Source: Betaproteobacteria bacterium (GTDB lineage: Bacteria > Pseudomonadota > Gammaproteobacteria > Burkholderiales > Burkholderiaceae_C). From it: DNA of 40,415 nt. This document shows positions 8,125-17,287 of this stretch, one piece after another. Made by a program: the position numbers and the translations under genes. Within the stretch, counting starts at the first letter, position 1. Each line of letters opens with the position of its first letter. The notes under the pieces are model-generated. The model did not search any database. It saw only the letters and a program-made list of their open reading frames with translations, and was not told the origin of the DNA. The stretch spans positions 1 through 40,415 of the forward strand of contig JANOKR010000580.1 of assembly GCA_031419315.1 (NCBI GenBank). The letters run 5' to 3'.

Positions 8125-9513
8125 GTGACGGGGCAGCGCACCGAACGTGACGGCTTCGGGCCGATCGATGTCCCGGGTGACGCCTTGTGGGGTGCGCAGA
8201 CCGCGCGCAGCCTGCGCTTCTTCGCCATCGGCGAGCAGCGCATGCCGCTGGAAATCGTGCACGCGATGGCGCAGGTCAAGTGCGCTGCGGCCGAGGTCAA
8301 CCGTGATCTCGGATTGCTCGCGCCCGATCGGGCAGCGGCGATCGCCACCGCCGCGATGCGCGTTGCGGCGGGCGAATTCGACGCCGAGTTTCCGCTGTCG
8401 GTGTGGCAGACCGGATCGGGTACCCAGAGCCACATGAACGTCAACGAGGTCGTCGCCAGCCTGGCGTCGCTCGCACTCGGCGGTGGCCTCGGAGATGCCC
8501 GCCGCGTCCACCCGAACGACGATGTCAACCTCGGGCAGTCGTCGAACGACGTCTTCCCTACCGCGATGCACATCGCTGCCGTGTTGTGCGCCCGGCCGCT
8601 GCTGACCTCGCTCGCGGCCTTGCGTGCGGCACTGCGCGCGAAGGCGGCCACTTTTGCCGGCACGATCAAGGTCGGGCGCACGCACCTGCAGGACGCCACG
8701 CCGGTCACCTTCGGCCAGGAATTTGGCGCCTTCGATGCCCAGCTCGCGATCGCTGAAGCGGCGCTTCGCCGGGCGCTGCCCGACGTGCATGCGCTGGCCA
8801 TCGGTGGCACCGCGGTTGGCACCGGATTGAATACGCACCCCGACTTTGGTGCCCGTGTCGCCGCAGTACTGGCCAGGCGCCTGGAAGCGCCTTTTGTCGT
8901 CGCCGACGACCTGTTTGCGGCGATGGCCGGGCACGAGCCGCTGGTGGGCCTGCACGGTGCGCTCAGAACCCTGGCGATCGCGCTCAACAAGATCGCTTGC
9001 GACATCCGGCTGATGGGCAGCGGGCCGCGTGCCGGCTTCGGCGAGTTGCGGCTGCCGGCAAACGAGCCGGGCAGCTCGATCATGCCGGGCAAGGTCAACC
9101 CGACCCAGGTCGAGGCGATGACCATGGTCTGCGCCCAGGTGATGGGGCACGACGTGGCGATCGGCATCGCGGCCAGCCAGGGCCAGTTCCAACTCAATGT
9201 CTACAAGCCCCTGATCGCCTTGAACCTGATCGACAGCCTGCGCCTGCTGGCCGACACGATGGCGAGCTTCGGCGTGCATTGCATCGAGGGCGTCGAGGTC
9301 AATGCCGAGCGTGCGCAATCGTTGTTGCAGCACTCGTTGATGCTGGTGACCGCTCTGGTGCCCCACATCGGCTACGAGCGCGCGGCGCAGATCGCCCGGC
9401 ATGCGCATGCGCAGGGCCTCGACCTGCGCGAGGCCGCGCTCGAAGTCGGCGGCGTCAGCGCCGCCGACTACGACGCCTGGGTCGATCTGCGCCGTATGCT
9501 GCGGCCCGGCTGA
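8125..9513 (+). CDS. fumC: Class II fumarate hydratase
   Basis: WGAQTARS, WQTGSGTQSHMNVNEV, QSSNDVFPTAMH, GRTHLQDATP, signature GSSIMPGKVNPTQ. Confidence 0.96.
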   Translation: MTGQRTERDGFGPIDVPGDALWGAQTARSLRFFAIGEQRMPLEIVHAMAQVKCAAAEVNRDLGLLAPDRAAAIATAAMRVAAGEFDAEFPLSVWQTGSGTQSHMNVNEVVASLASLALGGGLGDARRVHPNDDVNLGQSSNDVFPTAMHIAAVLCARPLLTSLAALRAALRAKAATFAGTIKVGRTHLQDATPVTFGQEFGAFDAQLAIAEAALRRALPDVHALAIGGTAVGTGLNTHPDFGARVAAVLARRLEAPFVVADDLFAAMAGHEPLVGLHGALRTLAIALNKIACDIRLMGSGPRAGFGELRLPANEPGSSIMPGKVNPTQVEAMTMVCAQVMGHDVAIGIAASQGQFQLNVYKPLIALNLIDSLRLLADTMASFGVHCIEGVEVNAERAQSLLQHSLMLVTALVPHIGYERAAQIARHAHAQGLDLREAALEVGGVSAADYDAWVDLRRMLRPG

Positions 9514-9606
9514 GCCGTCGATCCGGCCGGCCCGCGAACCCAATGCCACGTGTCGCGCGCTGCGCGCGGCCCACGTCAGGCTGGACGCGGACCTCGCGCC
9601 AAAGTC

Positions 9607-9622
9607 TGTCCGCTGGCGCACA
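9607..9622. promoter_or_regulatory. Box A upstream of crp-1, adjacent to box B
   Basis: GTC-TGTCCG-CTGG-CGCACA; no -10 at the usual offset, possibly an autoregulatory site. Confidence 0.7.
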
Positions 9623-9627
9623 GTTTT

Positions 9628-9695
9628 TGTAGGTGCGCGCTGACATCAACAGACGGCGGCTGCCGATACCGGCCAACTCGGCGTCTGGCGATCAT
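9628..9695 (+). promoter_or_regulatory. Box B promoter of crp-1
   Basis: TGTAGG-TGCGCG-CTGACA (9628-9645), CCGATA at 9663, GATCAT at 9690. Confidence 0.7.
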
Positions 9696-9700
9696 GGGTC

Positions 9701-10408
9701 ATGGACCCACGCTACAACCAATTGCTAGCCGCGCTGCCCGATGCCGAGTGGGCGCGCTGGCGGGCCGACCTCGAACCGGTGACGCTGGCCTATGGCCAGG
9801 TGCTGTTCGAGTCGGGCAGCACGCCGGGCTCGGTGCTGTTCCCGACCAGTGCGGTGGTCTCGCTGTCGTACATGACACGCGACGGCGCGTCGGCGGAGTT
9901 CGCGGTGGTCGGTAACGAAGGCCTCGTCGGCATCTCGCTGATCCTGGGCGGCAATGCGATGCCCAGCCGCGCCCTGGTGCAGAACGCAGGGCAGGGCTGG
10001 CGCCTCAGCGGCACGGCGATCAAGGCCGCGGTCGAGCGCGGCGGCGCGGTGCTCAACCTGCTGCTGCGATATGCCCAGTCGCTGATCGTGCAGACGACGA
10101 CGACTGCGGTTTGCAACCGCCACCATTCGATCGCGCAACAGTTCAGCCGCCGCCTGCTGATGGGTCTGGACCGGTCGCAGTCGGACGAGTTGGTGATGAC
10201 GCAGGAGGCGGTGGCCAACCTGCTCGGCGTGCGCCGCGAAGGCGTTACCGCCGCGGCGCAAGCGCTCCAGCACGCCGGCATGATCCGCTACCGGCGCGGC
10301 CACATCGAGGTGCTCGACCGCCGCGGCCTCGAGGGGCGCGCTTGTGAGTGTTACGCGGTCTCCAAGCGGGAATACCAGCGCCTGGTGCCGATGCCGCAGG
10401 CCGCCTGA
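9701..10408 (+). CDS. Crp/Fnr family transcriptional regulator (crp-1)
   Basis: cNMP-like domain 'NQLLAALP...VVGNEGLVG', HTH 'MTQEAVANLLGVRREGVT', C-terminal CECY. Confidence 0.93.
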   Translation: MDPRYNQLLAALPDAEWARWRADLEPVTLAYGQVLFESGSTPGSVLFPTSAVVSLSYMTRDGASAEFAVVGNEGLVGISLILGGNAMPSRALVQNAGQGWRLSGTAIKAAVERGGAVLNLLLRYAQSLIVQTTTTAVCNRHHSIAQQFSRRLLMGLDRSQSDELVMTQEAVANLLGVRREGVTAAAQALQHAGMIRYRRGHIEVLDRRGLEGRACECYAVSKREYQRLVPMPQAA

Positions 10409-10431
10409 CGCACAAATCCGGCGGGCCACTA

Positions 10432-10447
10432 TGTGCGCTGCCAAACC
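10432..10447 (+). promoter_or_regulatory. Box A for crp-2
   Basis: TGTGCG-CTGC-CAAACC-GAC; GATATT at 10469-10474 (offset 22). Confidence 0.65.
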
Positions 10448-10561
10448 GACGCCGCGTGCTGCGGCGTGGATATTCGGGATCACGAGGCACGCGGCATTTC
10501 GCGGCCGTCCTCGGGGGCTTGCCAGCTTTGGATGTGGCGGGCAACATTGCCCTAGGCCCAG

Positions 10562-11254
10562 ATGACCACCCTCCAGAACCAATTGATCGAGCGGCTGCCG
10601 CGCAACGCGCGCACCAGCCTGCTCACGCTGTGCGAGCCGATCGAGTTGACGATGGGCAGCGTACTCTGCGAAGCCGGCAAGCCCACGCGGCATGTCTGGT
10701 TCCCCGTCGATGGCTTCGTCTCGATGGTCGCGCCCATCGATGGCAAACCGGCACTCGAGGTTGGCATGGTTGGCCGCGAAGGCATGGTCGGCGCGCAGTT
10801 GACGCTGGGGGTCGCCACCGTGCCGCTGCATGCGGTGGTGCAGGGCAGTGGCACAGCCTGGCGCCTCGGCGCGCCGGCGTTCCGGCGGGAGCTCAAGCGC
10901 AGTCCTGCGCTGCATCAGGTGCTCAGCCGCTATTTGTACGTGTTGATGGCGCAGCTGGCCGGGTCTGCCGCCTGCCTGCGGTTTCACGCGATCGGCCCGC
11001 GCCTGGGGCGCTGGTTGTTGATGAGCCAGGACCGTGCCCACGCCGACCGCTTCCACGTCACCCACGAGTTCCTGTCCTACATGCTCGGCGTGCGCCGCGT
11101 CGGCATCACTGCCGCAGCCAGCGCCATGCAGCGCCAAGGGCTGATCGCGTACCACCGCGGCGAGATGTCGATCCTCGATCGCAGCGGCCTCGAAGCGGTG
11201 GCATGTGTCTGCTACGCCAATGACAGCCGGGCCTACGCCGAGCAGTTCGCCTGA
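10562..11254 (+). CDS. Crp/Fnr family transcriptional regulator (crp-2)
   Basis: 'NQLIERLP...MVGREGMVG', HTH 'VTHEFLSYMLGVRRVGIT', C-terminal CVCY. Confidence 0.93.
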   Translation: MTTLQNQLIERLPRNARTSLLTLCEPIELTMGSVLCEAGKPTRHVWFPVDGFVSMVAPIDGKPALEVGMVGREGMVGAQLTLGVATVPLHAVVQGSGTAWRLGAPAFRRELKRSPALHQVLSRYLYVLMAQLAGSAACLRFHAIGPRLGRWLLMSQDRAHADRFHVTHEFLSYMLGVRRVGITAAASAMQRQGLIAYHRGEMSILDRSGLEAVACVCYANDSRAYAEQFA

Positions 11255-11318
11255 GTGCGCCGCCCCGCCCGGCGGTACGGGGGGGGCGCCACCGCCCGGC
11301 GCCGTCGAGAACGACGAG

Positions 11319-12497
11319 GTGACAACCCAGGCCGCGCTGGCTGCGGCAGACGGCCCGCAGTCGCCCACGCTTTTGCCGGCCGATATGGCGCCGCAGATGC
11401 TGCCCCACGCGCCGGTCGATGTGCGCAGCGTTTCGCTGGCGGTGCTGGCGGTGTTGGCCAGCCTGTACGCATTGCACTGGGCGGCGGCGGTCGTCGTGCC
11501 GTTGTTGCTTGGGCTGACGTTCAGCTATGCGCTGACGCCGCTGGTCAATCGCATGGTGCATCTGCACCTGCCTCGCGCGCTGGCTGCGGCACTGCTGCTG
11601 GTCGGCATCGTCGGCGGCGTCGGCACGCTGTCGTGGTCGCTCAGCGACGACGCGGCGGCGATGGTCGAGGCCCTGCCCGAGGTCGCGCAGAAGCTGCGCC
11701 GCGGCATCAACAGCCTGCGCAAGGCGGGTTCGGTCGGCACCATCGAGACGGTGCAGAAGGCGGCCAGTGAACTCGAGCGCGCGGCCGAGGACGGCAACGT
11801 CAGCACGCCCAACCGCAGCGTGACCAAGGTCCAGATCGAGCCGGCCCGGTTCAACGTCAAGGATTACCTCTGGACCGGCACGCTCGGCCTGATGGCTGCC
11901 GCTGGCCAGACCATGGGGGTGTTGTTCATCACCTATTTCCTGCTCGCTTCGGGTGACACTTTTCGCCGCAAGATGGTCAGGATGGCCGGGCCCACCTTCG
12001 GTCAGAAACGGCTGACGCTGCAAGCGCTGGACGAGATCAACTCGCAGATCCAGCGCTACCTGATGGTGCAGGTTTTCACCAGCACCTTGGTCGGCGTGGC
12101 CACCTGGCTGGCCTTCCTGTGGATCGGCGTCGACCATGCTGGCGTCTGGGGCGTGGTCAGCTTTGTGCTGAACTTCATTCCGTACTTCGGCAGCATCGTG
12201 CTCACCGGGGCATCGGCGGTGCTCGGCTTCGTGCAATTCGGCAGCGTCGAGATGGCATTGCTGATTGCAGGCGCGACCTTGCTCATCAACAGCATCGAAG
12301 GCAACCTTCTCACGCCCTGGCTGGCCGGCCGCGCCAGCCGCATGAACCCGGTGGCGGTGTTCGTGGGTGTGCTCGCCTGGGGCTGGTTGTGGGGCTTGTG
12401 GGGCCTGTTTCTCGGCGTGCCGATCCTGATGGCCATCAAGGCTGTCTGCGACCGCGTCGATGACTTCAAGGCCGTGGGCGAACTGCTCGGCGATTGA
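11319..12497 (+). CDS. AI-2E family transporter
   Basis: Multi-TM; 'LNFIPYFG', 'IEGNLLTP', 'WGWLWGLWGLFLGVP'. Start uncertain. Confidence 0.9.
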   Translation: MTTQAALAAADGPQSPTLLPADMAPQMLPHAPVDVRSVSLAVLAVLASLYALHWAAAVVVPLLLGLTFSYALTPLVNRMVHLHLPRALAAALLLVGIVGGVGTLSWSLSDDAAAMVEALPEVAQKLRRGINSLRKAGSVGTIETVQKAASELERAAEDGNVSTPNRSVTKVQIEPARFNVKDYLWTGTLGLMAAAGQTMGVLFITYFLLASGDTFRRKMVRMAGPTFGQKRLTLQALDEINSQIQRYLMVQVFTSTLVGVATWLAFLWIGVDHAGVWGVVSFVLNFIPYFGSIVLTGASAVLGFVQFGSVEMALLIAGATLLINSIEGNLLTPWLAGRASRMNPVAVFVGVLAWGWLWGLWGLFLGVPILMAIKAVCDRVDDFKAVGELLGD

Positions 12498-12507
12498 GCC
12501 CGGGCAT

Positions 12508-12526
12508 TGCCGCCGAAGCGGCGGCA
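12508..12526. terminator. GC hairpin between convergent genes
   Basis: TGCCGCCG-AAG-CGGCGGCA perfect 8-bp stem; no U-tract. Confidence 0.35.
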
Positions 12527-12536
12527 CGCGCTTGAG

Positions 12537-12586
12537 CGGCCTCAACCGGCTTCAACCGGCCTCGACCGGCCTCGACCGGCCTCAAC
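12537..12586. repeat. 5x 10-bp tandem repeat CGGCYTCRAC
   Basis: cggcctcaac cggcttcaac cggcctcgac cggcctcgac cggcctcaac; the last unit contains the stop codon of the gene at 12582. Confidence 0.9.
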
Positions 12587-13148
12587 CGCCAGCCGCTTTT
12601 TGCGGTTGCACTTCGACGCGTTTGAGTTCGAGGTACTCGGCGCGCTCGAGTTGATGCAACTGCCGCGGATAGCGCTCGACACCGCTGTGCCAATCATTCA
12701 GCCGCTTGGCCAGCTGCTGCGACTCGGGCAGCGACAGGGCACCGAGATAGGCTTCGATCGCGAGGTCGTAGCGCATCGTGTTGCGCTCGATCAGGCCGCG
12801 GGTGCTGCCGATGTAGATCGGCTCGCCACTTGCGTGGCGGCCGACGACGCTGAAGCCGACCTTGTCGCGCCCGAAGGTCGCCAGGTAGCCCTGCAGCGCC
12901 GGCCCGGCCACCGCAAAGGGCTGATCGATGCGCGCGTAGATGTCACCCTTGAGATCGCCTGTGCTTACTTTCGATTCGAGAAACAGCGGGCGCTGGAAGG
13001 CGTTGTTCGACAAGGCATCGCGCAGGCCGGCGTGGCGCGCTTTCAGTGACGTCGCGTCCTGAGCTTGGGCCAGCGGGCTGGTGACCAGCACGCAGAAAAG
13101 CAGGCTGCGAAACAAACACCGTAGAGCCAGGTTGAAGTCGGTGGGCAT
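12582..13148 (-). CDS. Secreted hypothetical protein, probably internally deleted
   Basis: Signal peptide ending AQA; 'FQRPLFLES', 'YLATFGRDKVGFSV', 'ERNTMRY', 'ERYPRQLH'. Appears shorter than homologues as I recall them. Confidence 0.7.
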   Translation of the reverse strand: MPTDFNLALRCLFRSLLFCVLVTSPLAQAQDATSLKARHAGLRDALSNNAFQRPLFLESKVSTGDLKGDIYARIDQPFAVAGPALQGYLATFGRDKVGFSVVGRHASGEPIYIGSTRGLIERNTMRYDLAIEAYLGALSLPESQQLAKRLNDWHSGVERYPRQLHQLERAEYLELKRVEVQPQKAAGG

Positions 13149-13187
13149 GAGCATCCTCGACGCTATCGGAGACGCCCGCAGGGTGTC

Positions 13188-13203
13188 TGTTCGCAACGCC
13201 ACA
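13188..13203 (-). promoter_or_regulatory. Box A for the gene at 13148
   Basis: Minus strand TGTGGC-GTTG-CGAACA-GAC; TAGCGT at 13165-13160 (offset 23). Confidence 0.6.
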
Positions 13204-13212
13204 CAGCGGCCT

Positions 13213-13280
13213 TGTAGGAGCCGGCCCACATGCATTGTCGATGCACGCTGATGGGCAAGCGCGCGCGCGGGGCCGACGAT
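13213..13280 (+). promoter_or_regulatory. Box B promoter of the asmA-MCE operon
   Basis: TGTAGG-AGCCGG-CCCACA (13213-13230), CTGATG at 13248, GACGAT at 13275. Confidence 0.7.
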
Positions 13281-13416
13281 CGGGCGCAGTCAACAGCCGG
13301 ACGATGTCGATGAAAGTTCCAGCCCGAAGCCCTGTCGGTCGCGCGCAGATCGAGCGCCGGTTGACGCCGCTTGCCAAACCCCGCCTGTTCGATCCGGCGC
13401 CGATCAGCGTCGCCGG

Positions 13417-15522
13417 ATGACGCCGCGGGCCGCGCGGCCGGCGCGCGTACCGGCGCGTTGGGCCTACGCCGGGTTGGCCACGTTGCTCGCCCTTGCCGCC
13501 GCGGTGGCGGTCGGCGAATGGCTCGGCTGGCCGTTCCTGGCCGGCCCCGTTGAGCACCTGCTGTCGCAGCGACTCGAGCGCCGGGTCGTGCTTTCCGGCG
13601 CCGACGCCGCCGCCATCGGCACTCGGCCGGCGCACGCCAGCGACGCCACGTTTCGAGTGCGGTTCATCGGCGGGCTGCGCCTGCACACGCCGATGCTGGA
13701 AGTCGCCGCGCCGGCCTGGAGCAACGCGCCGCACCTGTTGCTCGCCCGCGATGTTGATCTCGAACTCGGCTACGCCGACCTCTGGCGTGCGCACCGCGGC
13801 GAACGCTTGCGCGTGCACAGGCTGCGGGCCAGCACCCTGGACGCTCAGCTTGAGCGCCAGGCCGATGGCCGCGCCTCGTGGCAGTTCGGTCCGGCGCCGA
13901 CCCAGCTGACGACGAACCCGGCGCTCGAACCGTTGCGCTTGCCACAGTGGGGCAGCCTTCAGGTCGGCAACGGCCTGGTGCGCTACCTCGACGCGCCGCT
14001 GGCCATCGACGTGCGGGCCCGCGTCTCGCTGCAGGACGGTGTCGCGCCAGCGCCATCCGGGCCCGGGCAGCGGCTGCAAGTCGACGTCAACGGTTTCATC
14101 CGCAAGCTGCCGGTGAAGATCGACGCCGTGGCGTATGGCGTGCTGCCATGGGGTGCCGGCGACGTGTCGACTGTTCCGGTACCTCTAACGCTGCAAGCCA
14201 GCGTCGGCCGCGCCCAGCTGAGCTTTGTCGGCACTGCCACCGACGCCACGCAAGCGAGTGGCCTGACCGGGCGGTTCAGCCTGAAGGGCCCGTCGCTGGC
14301 GGCGGTGGGCGACGCCGTCGGCGTGACCCTGCCAAGCACCGCGGCCTTCGGCATGGACGGCCTGTTGCGCGTGCAGGGCCACAGCTGGCACACCGTGGTC
14401 ACGGACGCCAGGATCGGCAGCAGCCGCTTGAACGGCGCCTTCGTCTACGAAGCCGCCCGCTCCCCGCCGATGTTGGCCGGACGCCTGAGCGGTGCGCGGC
14501 TGATGCTGCTCGACCTCGGGCCGGTCGTCGGCACCACGGCTGCCGTTCCGGCTGCGGAGCTCGGTAGCGGGCTGGTGGTCAAGCCGGCCAAAGGCCCGGG
14601 CAAGGTGCTGCCGAACCGGCCGTTCGACTTGCCGAGCCTGCGCACGATGCAGGCCAATGTGTTGATCGACATTGCCGACGTCGACCTCAACACCGTGTAC
14701 CTCGAACCATTGCAACCCTTGCGCGCCCATCTTCAACTCAGCGGCGGCGTGTTGACGCTGCGCGACCTCGACGCGCGGACCGCGCAGGGCCAGTTGACCG
14801 GCGAGCTGGCGCTGGACGGCCGCACCGACCAGGCCTTGTGGAGCGCCAACTTGCGCTGGGATGGCGTGCGCCTGGAGCGCTGGATTCGCCAGAGCCGCAC
14901 CAAGGCCGCGCCACCGTTTGTCTCGGGCAGGTTGAGCGGCCGCGCCACGCTGGCCGGGCAGGGCCGCTCGACGGCCGAAATCCTGGCCAACCTGAAGGGC
15001 CAGGTGCGCAGCGAGTTGCGCGGCGGCAGCATCTCGCACCTGGTCATCGAAGCCGCTGGCCTGGACATCGCACAAAGCCTGGGGGTGTTGATCAGGGGCG
15101 ACGACGCCCTGCCGGTGAACTGCGCGGTCGCCGACCTCGTCGCCGACCAAGGCGTGCTGCGTACCCGGGCCATGGTGCTCGACACCAGCGACTCGACGGT
15201 CTGGATCGATGGCTCGCTGTCGCTGGCCAGCGAGCAACTCAACTTGCGTGCCGTCGTCAGCCCGAAAGACAAGAGCCCGCTGGCATTGCGCACGCCATTG
15301 CGCGTGGTGGGCAGTTTTTCCGACCCGCAGCTGGTGCTCGACAAGGGCGCCATCGGCGCCAAGCTCGCGGCGTCGTTGCTGCTCGCGCTGTTCAACCCGC
15401 TGGCGGCGGTGATCCCGCTGATCGACATGGGCAACGCCGACGAAGCCGGCCGCGGCGCAACCGGTTGCCAGGCGCTGATGCAGCGTCTGCCGCCCAAGCG
15501 CGCTGCCGGCGCGGCACGCTGA
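13417..15522 (+). CDS. AsmA family protein (YhjG-like)
   Basis: N-terminal TM, 'LERQADGRASWQF', 'VNCAVADL', 'SPLALRTPLRVVGSFSDP', 'NPLAAVIPLID'. Confidence 0.88.
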   Translation: MTPRAARPARVPARWAYAGLATLLALAAAVAVGEWLGWPFLAGPVEHLLSQRLERRVVLSGADAAAIGTRPAHASDATFRVRFIGGLRLHTPMLEVAAPAWSNAPHLLLARDVDLELGYADLWRAHRGERLRVHRLRASTLDAQLERQADGRASWQFGPAPTQLTTNPALEPLRLPQWGSLQVGNGLVRYLDAPLAIDVRARVSLQDGVAPAPSGPGQRLQVDVNGFIRKLPVKIDAVAYGVLPWGAGDVSTVPVPLTLQASVGRAQLSFVGTATDATQASGLTGRFSLKGPSLAAVGDAVGVTLPSTAAFGMDGLLRVQGHSWHTVVTDARIGSSRLNGAFVYEAARSPPMLAGRLSGARLMLLDLGPVVGTTAAVPAAELGSGLVVKPAKGPGKVLPNRPFDLPSLRTMQANVLIDIADVDLNTVYLEPLQPLRAHLQLSGGVLTLRDLDARTAQGQLTGELALDGRTDQALWSANLRWDGVRLERWIRQSRTKAAPPFVSGRLSGRATLAGQGRSTAEILANLKGQVRSELRGGSISHLVIEAAGLDIAQSLGVLIRGDDALPVNCAVADLVADQGVLRTRAMVLDTSDSTVWIDGSLSLASEQLNLRAVVSPKDKSPLALRTPLRVVGSFSDPQLVLDKGAIGAKLAASLLLALFNPLAAVIPLIDMGNADEAGRGATGCQALMQRLPPKRAAGAAR

Positions 15523-15543
15523 CGCACTGCACTGCGTTGAACC

Positions 15544-16425
15544 ATGCAAGCGCCCCCGATCGATCCCGCGGCGCCGCCTGACCCGATCGCCAAGCAGGCG
15601 CGGAATCCGGCGCCGGCCGGCGCCGTGCCGCCGACCGCGCTGCAACACATCGGGCGCAGCAGCACGGCGTCACTCGAGCAGGGCGTGGCGCTGCTGAGCT
15701 TTGTCGGAGAAACCTCGCTCGTATTCGCCGCCAGCATCGTGCACCCGGCGCGCTGGCGCTGGCGCCAGGTGCTGTTCAACATCCGCAGCGCCGGCTTCGA
15801 CGCGTTGCCGATCGTCGGCCTGCTGTCGTTTTTGCTCGGCGTGGTTGTGGCCTATCAGGGCGCCGACCAGTTGCGCCAGTACGGTGCCAATATCTTTGTT
15901 GCCGACTTGGTGGGCGTGTCGATGCTGCGCGAGTTTGCGCCGCTGATCACCGCGATCATCATCGCTGGCCGTTCCGGGTCGGCCTACGCGGCGCAGATCG
16001 GCACCATGGCCGTCACCGAAGAGATCGATGCGCTGCGCACGCTGGGCATCGCACCGCTGGAGTTGCTGGTCGTGCCCAAGGTGATTGCGCTGGTCATTGT
16101 GTTGCCACTGTTGACGGTCTTTGCCGATGTGCTGGGCGTCTTCGGCGGCATGCTGATGGCACGCTCGCAACTCGAAGTCGGCTTCACCGAGTTTCTCGAC
16201 CGCTTCGTCAAGGCGGTGAGCATGACGACCTACTTCGTCGGCCTGGCCAAGGCGCCGGTCTTCGCCGCGATCATCGCCATCGTCGGCTGTTTTCAGGGCC
16301 TGCGCACGCGCGGCGGTGCCGACAGCGTCGGCCGCCAGACCACGCGCGCGGTGGTGCAGTCGATCTTCCTGGTGATCGTCGCCGATGCGTTGTTCTCGGT
16401 CGCTTTCAGCATCCTCGATCTTTGA
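15544..16425 (+). CDS. MlaE-family ABC permease
   Basis: 'REFAPLITAIIIAGRSGSAYAAQIGTMAVTEEIDAL', 'SVGRQTTRAVV'. Confidence 0.92.
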   Translation: MQAPPIDPAAPPDPIAKQARNPAPAGAVPPTALQHIGRSSTASLEQGVALLSFVGETSLVFAASIVHPARWRWRQVLFNIRSAGFDALPIVGLLSFLLGVVVAYQGADQLRQYGANIFVADLVGVSMLREFAPLITAIIIAGRSGSAYAAQIGTMAVTEEIDALRTLGIAPLELLVVPKVIALVIVLPLLTVFADVLGVFGGMLMARSQLEVGFTEFLDRFVKAVSMTTYFVGLAKAPVFAAIIAIVGCFQGLRTRGGADSVGRQTTRAVVQSIFLVIVADALFSVAFSILDL

Positions 16426-16426
16426 G

Positions 16427-17287
16427 ATGAACGCCGCCGCCGCAGCCGTGCCTGCAGCCGAACACGAGGCTGAACACGACGTCGCGATCGCTCTGCGCGG
16501 CGTGACAACACGCTTCGGCGCGCATCTGGTTCACGACGGCGTCGACCTCGACGTGCGGCGCGGGGAGATCCTGGCGCTGGTCGGCGGCAGCGGCTCGGGC
16601 AAATCGACCCTGCTGCGCGAGATGATCCTGCTGCATCGGCCAGATGCCGGCGAGATCAGCGTGCTCGGTACCGACCTGCGCGATATCGGCGCTGACGACG
16701 CGCGTGCGCTGCGCCGGCGTTGGGGCGTGATGTTCCAGAAGGGCGGCCTCTTCGGCGCGCTCACCGTCAAAGAAAACATCGGCCTGCCGCTGCGCGAGCA
16801 CAGCGATCTTGACGACCCGGCGATCGACGCCATCGCGGATGCCAAGCTGGCGCTGGCCGGGCTGGCACCCGAGGTCGGCGCGTTGTACCCGTCGGAGTTG
16901 AGCGGCGGCATGCTCAAGCGCGCTTCTTTGGCGCGTGCGCTGGCGCTGGACCCCGAACTGCTGTTTCTCGACGAGCCGACGGCGGGGCTCGACCCGATCA
17001 GTGCCGGCGGCGTCGACCAACTCGTGCGCAGCTTGCGCGACAAGTTCGGCCTGACGATCGTGATCATCACGCACGACCTCGACCTGCTCTGGCAAGTCGC
17101 CGATCGGGTGGCGGTGCTCGGCCAGGGCAAGGTGCAAGCGATCGGCTCGATGGCCGAGTTGTCGGTGCTGCCGAAGCCATCGATCCGGCCGTACTTCGAA
17201 GGCCCACGCGCGCGCAGCGCACAGGCCGCCAACGACATCAACGACAACGACAACGACAAGGGGAGCGGATCATCGAAACCAAGGTGA
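16427..17287 (+). CDS. MlaF-family ABC ATP-binding protein
   Basis: Walker A GGSGSGKS, signature LSGGM, Walker B LLFLDEPTAGLDP. Confidence 0.92.
   Translation: MNAAAAAVPAAEHEAEHDVAIALRGVTTRFGAHLVHDGVDLDVRRGEILALVGGSGSGKSTLLREMILLHRPDAGEISVLGTDLRDIGADDARALRRRWGVMFQKGGLFGALTVKENIGLPLREHSDLDDPAIDAIADAKLALAGLAPEVGALYPSELSGGMLKRASLARALALDPELLFLDEPTAGLDPISAGGVDQLVRSLRDKFGLTIVIITHDLDLLWQVADRVAVLGQGKVQAIGSMAELSVLPKPSIRPYFEGPRARSAQAANDINDNDNDKGSGSSKPR

Noticed and set aside
12537-12586. CRISPR array
   Set aside because: Contiguous 10-bp units without spacers, and no cas genes in the window.
13235-13420. Small ORF overlapping the asmA start (ATGA)
   Set aside because: No clear RBS or recognisable motif, and its 5' part overlaps the predicted box B promoter.
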